Assembly (NCBI GenBank): GCA_963590525.1
Contig: CAVAPV010000004.1
Location: 1,465-65,464, forward strand
Length of the DNA: 64,000 nt
DNA from: Agathobacter rectalis
GTDB lineage: Bacteria > Actinomycetota > Coriobacteriia > Coriobacteriales > QAMH01
Reading direction: 5' to 3'
Part shown: positions 1-6,705 of the stretch, one piece after another
Position numbering within the stretch: position 1 is the first letter of the stretch
Layout of the letters: each line of letters starts with the position of its first letter
Translations under genes and position numbers: made by a program
Notes under the pieces: generated by a model
Told to the model about the DNA's origin: nothing
Database searches by the model: none
Seen by the model: only the letters and a program-made list of their open reading frames with translations

Positions 1-815
1 GGGTCGCCCTCGGCGTCTGCCCAGTACAGGCCCTTGCGCGCAGTCCAGCGGCTGCCCTCGTCGTAGTATTCGGCCCATTCCTGCTGCGTGGAAGGCACCA
101 CGTGGTTGTTGTTGGAGCCGATGACCTCGCGGAGCATGTAGTCGGACAGCTCGGCGACCTTTTGGGGATCGGTCACGTTGACGCTGCCGTTGCCCTCGAC
201 TACGAGCGCCTTGAGCTTCTTGGAGCCCATAACGGCGCCCAAGCCGGCGCCAGCGGAGTGGTTGCGGCTGTTGATCATGACAGCGTAGGGAACCAGGTTC
301 TCGCCAGCGGGACCGATGGTGGCCACGCAGGCCTTGTTGCCCTCGACCTTATTAAGCGCCTCGGTGGTGGCGCGGGTGCCCAGGCCCCACACGAAGCTGG
401 CATCCTTGATCTCGACCTCGTCATCTTTGATGTGCAGGTAGACGGGCTTCTTGGACTGGCCCTCGACAATGATGGCGTCGTAGCCGGCGAGCTTGATACG
501 CGAGCCGATCATGCCGCCGCAGTGGGCATCGACCACGAGGTGATCGGTGGTAAAGGTGGAAAGGAAGCTCACGGTGGTGCGGCCAGCCAAGGGCACACCG
601 GATGCCGTCAGTGGGCCGACAGCGTAGACGATCTTGGCGTCGGGGCCCAGCGGGTCCGCTCCAGCGGGAACTTCGTCATAGATGATCTTGTTGGCAAGGC
701 CCATGCCACCGATGTACTCCTTGTACGGGGCAGTAGGTTCTGTTGTTACGGTTCCGGTGCTCAGGTTGACACGCAAGAGCCTTCCGGCCCAACCGTATGA
801 TTTTTCATCAGCCAT
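1..815 (-). CDS. Aldehyde:ferredoxin oxidoreductase family (tungsto/molybdopterin AOR, YdhV-like). N-terminal ~271 codons only; the 3' end lies beyond the window start.
   Basis: My own translation of the minus strand from ATG 815-813 gives MADEKSYGWAGRLLRVNLSTGTVTTEP...GPLTASGVPLAGRTTVSF...IKLAGYDAIIVEGQSKKPVYLHIKDDEVEIKDASFVWG...IGPAGENLVPYAVMINSRNHSAGAGLGAVMGSKKLKALVVEG. This is the typical AOR N-terminal domain pattern. The gene is absent from the ORF track because it runs off the edge. Track ORF 102..800(+) is its antisense shadow. Confidence 0.85.
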   Translation of the reverse strand, partial: MADEKSYGWAGRLLRVNLSTGTVTTEPTAPYKEYIGGMGLANKIIYDEVPAGADPLGPDAKIVYAVGPLTASGVPLAGRTTVSFLSTFTTDHLVVDAHCGGMIGSRIKLAGYDAIIVEGQSKKPVYLHIKDDEVEIKDASFVWGLGTRATTEALNKVEGNKACVATIGPAGENLVPYAVMINSRNHSAGAGLGAVMGSKKLKALVVEGNGSVNVTDPQKVAELSDYMLREVIGSNNNHVVPSTQQEWAEYYDEGSRWTARKGLYWADAEGD

Positions 816-1192
816 TGTTGCATCTCCAAATCTCGTGTTGAAACATGCGTTGCGTGACATGTAACCAAGTGACTTGGGTGCAGACGCTATACGTCGCGTG
901 AAAGTGTGCGCCGCAAGGACGCCCATGCTGTCCCCTCTTTGGGGATAATTCTGCATCGCCGCAGCTCAGAGCGCTGTTTTGCCCTTTGTTACCCTTAAAG
1001 GGGAGACGTTCGACAAGCCCTGATTAAGCCCAAAAGAGGGTACTTCCCCTTGCTTTGCATGCGCGATAGTTACCCGAGTTGCGTGATACATCGAGTGAGA
1101 GAGGGTTGGCATTGAGGGCCAAAAGGCCGACGCCACGAGGGGCGTTTTCTCAATGTCGTAAAGAAGGACTCACCATAGGGGGGAGCAAACAA

Positions 1193-1921
1193 ATGTCAGC
1201 TCAAAACGAGAGCAAGCTGGCTTCTGCAGAACAGCAGGGCGCGCAAGATAGCGCTCAGGCAGCGCCCAAAAAGACCATCACCCGCCGCCAGGTCGTGGCA
1301 ATGGCCGGCTGCGGCATTGCCGGTTTGGTTGTAGGCGGTGTGCTCGCCAGTTGGGGTATCACCCAGGAGAGCATCGCCAGCGGCCGCATCAGCATTCGCA
1401 CCACGCCCACCAAGATGATCGTCACCGATCGCGCGCGTTGCAGCGGTTGCCAACGCTGCGAGATGATGTGCACGCTCAAGAACGACGGCCGCGTATGCCA
1501 AAACATCGCACGTGTGCGCGTCTGGGATAACTACTTCTGGGGCACTAGCACAGATGCCGGCGAGGGCATTTTCGGCGACGGCAACCCCGGCGCTTGCGAG
1601 TTCACCGTCGAGCACTGCAAACAGTGCGAGGACCCCATGTGCCTCAAGTACTGCCCGGTCCACGCCATCTACTGCGACGAGGACTCCGGCGCTCGCACGA
1701 TCGACCCGGATGTCTGCATCGGCTGCGGCATGTGCACGCAGGCATGCCCGTGGAATATGCCGCGCGTGGACGAGGAAACCGGCGTTTCCACCAAGTGCGT
1801 GAGCTGCGGGCGTTGCGCGGAGCAGTGCCCCAACGGCGCGATCCAGTTCATCGACTGGCAAGACATAGCTCAAAAGGTCATCGACCAGGGCGTGGTGCGT
1901 ACCGTCACGCTCGTGCAGTAG
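1193..1921 (+). CDS. Tat-signal, membrane-anchored 4Fe-4S dicluster ferredoxin-type electron-transfer subunit (YdhX/YdhY-like)
   Basis: Lies within track ORF 1079..1921. The preferred start is ATG 1193, preceded by GGGGGGAG. It has a TRRQVV twin-arginine motif plus a hydrophobic segment. Four Cys clusters are present: CSGCQRCEMMC, CKQCEDPMCLKYCP, CIGCGMCTQACP, CVSCGRCAEQCP. Confidence 0.8.
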   Translation: MSAQNESKLASAEQQGAQDSAQAAPKKTITRRQVVAMAGCGIAGLVVGGVLASWGITQESIASGRISIRTTPTKMIVTDRARCSGCQRCEMMCTLKNDGRVCQNIARVRVWDNYFWGTSTDAGEGIFGDGNPGACEFTVEHCKQCEDPMCLKYCPVHAIYCDEDSGARTIDPDVCIGCGMCTQACPWNMPRVDEETGVSTKCVSCGRCAEQCPNGAIQFIDWQDIAQKVIDQGVVRTVTLVQ

Positions 1922-1970
1922 CCGTTGCAAGTTAATCGACTACGGCATTGCATATTGAGAGGATTCGACT

Positions 1971-2681
1971 ATGTCTACACATACATTGACTAGAAGGGGC
2001 TTCCTAGGCGCAGCGGCCGGGGTTGCAGGCGCAGCGGCCTGCACCGGAGCCGGTGTGGGCGTCTGGCAAGAAGCCTTCGCAAAGCCGCCTCAGGCGGACG
2101 AGACAGCCCAAGTGCACACGACCTGCGACGGCTGCGGTAACAAGTGCGGCATGATCGCTTACACGCGCAACGGCGAGTTTTGGCGTCTTGACGGCGAGCT
2201 CGGCCATCCCTCTTCGCAGGGTAGCTTGTGCGTGCGCGGTCGCGGCTTGACCAGTTCGCTGAGCGCGGAAAGCCGCCTTACTGCCCCGCTTAAGAACGTG
2301 GGCGGCAAGTTCGAGGAGGTCTCCTGGGACGACGCCTTGGCAGACATCTCCAGCAAGATCAGCGGCCTGGGCAGCAAGCTGGCCGTTTTGCAGGCGCGCG
2401 GCAATTGCGAACCGTTCGTCAAGCGCTTTGCTGCTGCCATGGGCACGCCCAACTACTTCACGGACGCTGCCATCCATGACATCGACTACCAAGCGGCCAT
2501 CGCCGTGAGCGGTGGCGCGTATCCCGCGCCCGATGTTGCAAACGCCAAGTACATTTTGCTGCTGGGCAAGTCCAGCTACGACGGCTCGCGCCCCGCAGAA
2601 GAGCTTGAGATCGCGCAGACTGAGGCCAAGGTTGTCTTGGCCGACGCCCGCATGATGCCGCAACGCAGCAAGAGCAAGTAG
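1971..2681 (+). pseudogene. Molybdopterin oxidoreductase catalytic subunit, 5' fragment only (236 codons)
   Basis: Has a Tat signal (TRRGFLGAAAGVAG) and an N-terminal 4Fe-4S motif (CDGCGNKCG...C). Similarity to the Mo-bisPGD family continues to about ...KYILLLGKS...AKVVLADARMMPQ, then the ORF hits TAG. Intact family members are several-fold longer. The downstream sequence belongs to a different gene family. Confidence 0.7.
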
Positions 2682-2797
2682 AGGCGCCGGATGCTCCCGC
2701 CAAGGCCGAGCAGCCCGACACGGACGTTGATGATGACCCTTGGGCCGGGCTCAACATCCCCGAGGGCTACAAGCTGGAGGAAATCGACGGCGAGATC

Positions 2798-3229
2798 GTG
2801 CTGGTGCAAGACCCGGACGCCGCGCTCAAGCCAAGGACAATCGACTGCGCGCATATCGCGGTGATGGAGGGTGCTACGGCCAAGTACTTGTACGACGCGA
2901 GCACTATGACGAAATCCTACGCGCATTGGGCGTTTCTTGCCAAGGAGGACAACCCCGTGGTGACCTTCGCGGAGTGCGTGCGGGAGGACTCGCGCGTGTA
3001 CCCGCGCCCGTATCGCGCGGACAACCTCAAGAACCCGCCGTTCAACATGAGCACGCAAGACATCGAGGAGACGTGGGAGGCGGTTTCCGCCCTTGAGCCG
3101 TATGCGGACATCCAGCGCACTAGCGCCTCCAACGGCGACGTGTACTTCTTCTCTACGAAACACCTGTCCCCTGCGCACGCCCACGCCCTGGCAGAATATG
3201 CCTCCGTCGACAGGCGGAGAAACGTCTAG
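2798..3229 (+). CDS. YdhW-like protein, possibly 5'-truncated (frame is open from 2628 but has no ATG/GTG/TTG before 2798)
   Basis: Segments YLYDASTMTKSYAHW, ECVREDSRVYPRPYRADNL, LEPYADIQRTSASNGDVYFFSTKHLS and AHALAEYASVD align in order with my recollection of E. coli YdhW (..YYYSTQAMSENYAAM.., ..FECQTYPRPYKVAML.., ..APEYADIRQVESSTAVLYLFSERFMT.., ..AYGLCEWFEVE..). Confidence 0.6.
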   Translation: MLVQDPDAALKPRTIDCAHIAVMEGATAKYLYDASTMTKSYAHWAFLAKEDNPVVTFAECVREDSRVYPRPYRADNLKNPPFNMSTQDIEETWEAVSALEPYADIQRTSASNGDVYFFSTKHLSPAHAHALAEYASVDRRRNV

Positions 3230-3252
3230 GAGGCGCAGATCAGTGTTCCTTT

Positions 3253-3292
3253 CCGTCGTCATAGGCAAGGGAAGCCTTGCCTATGACGACGG
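3253..3292. terminator. Perfect 18-bp stem / 4-nt loop hairpin between the convergent ydhW-like and fic genes
   Basis: CCGTCGTCATAGGCAAGG gaag CCTTGCCTATGACGACGG. There is no adjacent U-tract on either strand, so assigning it a terminator role is an inference. Confidence 0.4.
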
Positions 3293-3434
3293 CATACTCG
3301 TGATCCCCACAAAGCTGTCAATCTATAAATGGAACAACTTTGCCCGAGCCGTCCGTAGAGAGGCGGATCTTCACCGGCTTGCAGCTCGAAAAGATCAGCT
3401 TCGAGGGCATGTAAAGGTGCGTCCGATCCTCGTC

Positions 3435-4106
3435 CTACATCTGCTCAAAGACCGCGATACGCTCTTCTTCTGCAGCAGAAAGCTCCTTGAAAAGCTTGGC
3501 AAGGGCCATATCGTCGCATTGCGCCAGCGCATCCATGTACCTGGCACGCTGCTCGACCGGAATCACAACAGGCGCTATTTGCTCACGCATAAGCCCCCGG
3601 TTGAGCAGAATGCGCCCTGTTCTACCGTTGCCGTCTTCAAAGGGATGGATACGCTCAAAACGCAGGTGAAAACGTGCCTCACGCAAAAAAGGGTCTAGGC
3701 CAAAATCCTGGTTGTGCTCGTAGACCAGCTGCATCATCTGCTGGTTTATCTGGTTTGGAGCAGGCGGGATATGCTCGGCTGCAGCTATGAAGACAGGCAC
3801 GGTCCGATAGCCGCCAACCTCGTTGATATTGCGATTGATAGCTTGCGCGATATCCTTGATCAAGCGCTCAGAAAGCTCTTCATCTGGGTTTTCTAACGCG
3901 CGGGAAAGGGCGTACTTGTGATTGATTGCCTCGTAGAGCTCGCACGCAGTCGCGGTTACTTTCATGGAGTTGTCGTTAAAGAGGATGGCGTAGGTCTCCG
4001 CGTAGCTAAGCGTACTGCCCTCGATGGCATTGGAGTGATAGGTGCTTCGCGTCACAAAGTCCTCGAAATACGCGCGATGTTCTCTCGTGAATTTGATGAC
4101 GTCCAT
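3435..4106 (-). CDS. fic: Fic/DOC family protein (AMPylase-type), class II layout with an N-terminal inhibitory helix
   Basis: Contains the core motif HPFEDGNGRTGR (HPFxxGNGRxxR). An upstream SNAIEG matches the (S/T)xxxE(G/N) inhibitory motif. Confidence 0.85.
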   Translation of the reverse strand: MDVIKFTREHRAYFEDFVTRSTYHSNAIEGSTLSYAETYAILFNDNSMKVTATACELYEAINHKYALSRALENPDEELSERLIKDIAQAINRNINEVGGYRTVPVFIAAAEHIPPAPNQINQQMMQLVYEHNQDFGLDPFLREARFHLRFERIHPFEDGNGRTGRILLNRGLMREQIAPVVIPVEQRARYMDALAQCDDMALAKLFKELSAAEEERIAVFEQM

Positions 4107-4271
4107 TGTCTTTGCCCCGTCACAGTACCTTGAATGCGTTTGTTTGGATGATTGTGCCCTGCAAGATAAACTTAGCTCTCAAATGTTACGCCGTGGCTAT
4201 CGCGTCTGCATCGGTTCTACAATACGAGTTGTTGAGGACGGCTCTATTTTCGTGGAAAGGAAGGCGCGGCC

Positions 4272-4682
4272 ATGGCCATTATCCCCGCTCAAGTTCAAAA
4301 GGTTTTCAACAGCGTCAAAGACGTTGTCTTTTCAACGGCAAGCAAAGACGCACAACCCAATGCTTGCATCGTTGGAATGAAGAAGATCATCGACGATGAG
4401 ACCATCTACCTGTCCGACCAGTTCTTTAAAAAGACCTTGGCCAACATCAACGAGAACAGCAAAGTCTCCATTGTCTTTTGGAGCGAGGACGGAGCCTTCC
4501 AAATTCACGGCACAGCACGCTACGTCAACGAGGGTGAGGAGTTTGAGACTCAGGCCGCTTGGGTAAACGCCACGTTTGAGAAAATCGGCATGCCCGTCAA
4601 GGCCAAGGGCGGTGTTTACGTCCACGTCGACGAGGTCTACTCATCTAACCCCGGCCCCGAGGCAGGCAACAAGCTCGCCTAA
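4272..4682 (+). CDS. Pyridoxamine 5'-phosphate oxidase-like FMN-binding split-barrel protein
   Basis: 136 aa. The overall pattern (..VVFSTASKDAQPNACIVGMKKIIDDETIYLSDQFFKKT..VSIVFWSEDGAFQIHGTARYV..) is typical of small PNPOx-family proteins. An RBS (GAAAGGAAGG) lies upstream. Confidence 0.65.
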   Translation: MAIIPAQVQKVFNSVKDVVFSTASKDAQPNACIVGMKKIIDDETIYLSDQFFKKTLANINENSKVSIVFWSEDGAFQIHGTARYVNEGEEFETQAAWVNATFEKIGMPVKAKGGVYVHVDEVYSSNPGPEAGNKLA

Positions 4683-4891
4683 GCCGGCCGCTGGATACGG
4701 CAACATAGCCAAGCAAACGCTAACAGGCCTCGAACCATAAGCTCTATGAGCAGCGGTACGGGGCCTGCCTTATTCCCCAACAGTCAATCCAAGGCGTTAG
4801 GCCTCACAACGTTGCGTGCCTGCAACCAGGACGCCCAAGAACTCCCAAAGTTTTTGCATTGCGATGCAACGACCGCTTTAACCTGCTTCAC

Positions 4892-5653
4892 CTATTTTGC
4901 GCTGGAGTGCTTATGTGGAATCAGCGGCGGAACAAGATCCTTGGGTGCAGGCGGGATAATCCAGGAGATGTTCTCGAGCAGATTGGACCAAACCTTAACC
5001 GCGTTGCCCACCAGCAAAGCAGAGATGATCGTCCCTTCGCGCACATGGACAAGCTGGCCCAAACATAAAAGGCTCACCAGCGCCGCCCCGCACATAAGCG
5101 AGACATCCCATATGACCTTGACGCGATGAAAGGGCAGCTGCGTCTTATAGGCGATAACCACTGGCGATGCATCGCCCGGCGTCATGAGCACGTTTACGCG
5201 CACGCACAGATGCACGCCCAGCCCCAAGACGACGATAGAGACCAGCAAGCACAGCAGCTGGCAGGGATAATTGGGCAGTGGGACTGCGGCAAGCAACGCC
5301 AGCCAAACATCCACAGATGCAGACAACAGCATGAAGAGCGGAATCTGCAGCAACTGCACCGGTCCAAACTCACGGCGCATGAGCGCAATCTCAAGCACGA
5401 AGTACAACGCGTTGAACACAAAGGTGAGCATGCCCATGGTGAGCCAATCCATGCCATGCCTTGCTGCGATCTCTGTGCAGACAGCCGGAAACGTAGAGAT
5501 AGGAGAAGTGCCGGTGCCAGAGTGCTTTGCAAGCGCGATTCCCAAGCCTATGCACAAAACGCCAACTACCATGACGACTGTTCTCAAAGCCAGGTTGGTT
5601 TTTGGGGTGCCAAAGACAGCGGCCCAACGCTCTTTTGCGCTCAATAAGATCAT
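4892..5653 (-). CDS. Polytopic membrane protein, YczE/YitT-like (DUF6198-type)
   Basis: Lies within track ORF 4892..5737. The internal start MILLSAKERW at 5653 is more plausible. It has multiple hydrophobic helices and the motif ..GLGIALAKHSGTGTSPIS... The function is unknown. Confidence 0.55.
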   Translation of the reverse strand: MILLSAKERWAAVFGTPKTNLALRTVVMVVGVLCIGLGIALAKHSGTGTSPISTFPAVCTEIAARHGMDWLTMGMLTFVFNALYFVLEIALMRREFGPVQLLQIPLFMLLSASVDVWLALLAAVPLPNYPCQLLCLLVSIVVLGLGVHLCVRVNVLMTPGDASPVVIAYKTQLPFHRVKVIWDVSLMCGAALVSLLCLGQLVHVREGTIISALLVGNAVKVWSNLLENISWIIPPAPKDLVPPLIPHKHSSAK

Positions 5654-5982
5654 CTTCTTTTTACGAATGGGATAGCAGGCAGCCGACGCGCATGCTCGCT
5701 TTTGCTCATCGAGTGTAGCACTCGCGCGCGCAGTCACAGGCCAAGCAGCGGACAGTGCGCCGTCGTGCGGTACAAATCCGCATCCGCAAGCGAGCTCAAA
5801 AGAAGATATGTGTCCTGAAAACTTCTCTTACTTAAATCGACTGTAGAACATTTGTTTGTTTTATGTTACAACGATAAACACTAGAACAACCCACTGCTTT
5901 ACAAGGAACCTACCCCCATCTTCTTGCCAATAGCTGCAGATTCAAGTTTCTGCAGTGCCTTGCGCAATTGACTAACTGTAGA

Positions 5983-6603
5983 ATGGAGTATACAGTGTCT
6001 TCATTGAGAATCTACGTAACGGATGAGTTTTCAAACTGGCTAAAACGCTTGAGAGACTCCAATGCAAAGGCACGTATCAACTTACGTCTCAGGAGAATCG
6101 AGACAACGGGAAACCTGGGAGATGCCAAGCACGTAGGCGACGGGATTTTGGAACTTAGAATCGACTACGGCCCTGGATACAGGGTGTACTTCTCTCAAAA
6201 AGGCGATGCACTGGTTTTGCTGCTCGTAGGAGGCGATAAATCCTCACAACAGCGAGACATCGCAAAAGCAAAGAAACTAGACAAAGAGTACAAACAGCGC
6301 GAGGTGAAAGGCAATGAAGACAGCAAAGAAATACGATGCAGCAGAATTCTTGGAAACCAAAGAGGACATGTCCGCCTACCTCAATGCTGCTTTAGAGGAC
6401 GGCGATCCCGTATTGCTTTCTGTAGCCCTTGGAGATATCGCCCGCGCACAGGGGATGACACAGCTGGCAAAGGAGACGGGCGTGACTCGCGATGGACTTT
6501 ACAAGGCGCTTTCCCCAACGGGCAATCCCTCATTTGCAACTATCAAAAAGGTCTTAGACGCTTTGGGTATGAAGATCAAAATCACGGCTGCCTAACAACA
6601 TAG
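5983..6603 (+). CDS. RelE/ParE-superfamily addiction-module killer protein (TIGR02683-like) with an abnormal ~100-codon C-terminal extension
   Basis: N-terminal ~100 aa: ..RIYVTDEFSNWLKRLRDSNAKARINLRLRRIETTGNLGDAKHVGDGILELRIDYGPGYRVYFSQKGDALVLLLVGGDKSSQQRDIAKAKKL.. This is the canonical family pattern. The frame then has no stop until 6601-6603. Confidence 0.8.
   Translation: MEYTVSSLRIYVTDEFSNWLKRLRDSNAKARINLRLRRIETTGNLGDAKHVGDGILELRIDYGPGYRVYFSQKGDALVLLLVGGDKSSQQRDIAKAKKLDKEYKQREVKGNEDSKEIRCSRILGNQRGHVRLPQCCFRGRRSRIAFCSPWRYRPRTGDDTAGKGDGRDSRWTLQGAFPNGQSLICNYQKGLRRFGYEDQNHGCLTT
6314..6595 (+). CDS. Addiction-module antidote protein, HigA family HTH (TIGR02684-like)
   Basis: MKTAKKYDAAEFLETKEDMSAYLNAALEDGDPVLLSVALGDIARAQGMTQLAKETGVTRDGLYKALSPTGNPSFATIKKVLDALGMKI. 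An RBS (GAGGTGAAAGG) precedes the ATG. Confidence 0.85.
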   Translation: MKTAKKYDAAEFLETKEDMSAYLNAALEDGDPVLLSVALGDIARAQGMTQLAKETGVTRDGLYKALSPTGNPSFATIKKVLDALGMKIKITAA

Positions 6604-6705
6604 ACGCATGCAAAGCAAAGAAGCCGCAGGCGTTATTGCCCGCGGCTCCACTTGCATCTGCTGCCTCGTGCATCAAAAGCCCGGCAGCTGCAGGTTTAGC
6701 CCCTG

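Noticed and set aside
102-800. Long plus-strand ORF (232 aa) and many similar large ORFs opposite real genes, for example 20071..21144, 21778..22893, 27321..29084, 50950..52206, 53960..55015, 55046..56440 and 57856..59703.
   Set aside because: These are antisense or off-frame shadows typical of high-GC DNA. Their products are low-complexity Arg/Ala/Gly/His-rich sequences with no motifs. The opposite strand in each case encodes a protein with unmistakable family signatures (AOR, activase, purH, purB, M28, typA).
816-1192. Possible Moco/Tuco riboswitch in the divergent AOR / ferredoxin promoter region.
   Set aside because: The context is attractive, but I could not recognise the conserved Moco-motif elements from memory on either strand. 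Only small hairpins are present (for example ACGCC-acgagg-GGCGU + UUUUCUC at about 1130-1152). This needs an Rfam scan before any claim.
5846-5857. A second LexA-like box (GAAC-ATTT-GTTT) in the AT-rich stretch upstream of the TA module.
   Set aside because: The second half-site is imperfect (GTTT, not GTTC). It lies ~125 bp from the toxin start with no convincing promoter around it, and the AT-rich context makes chance matches likely.
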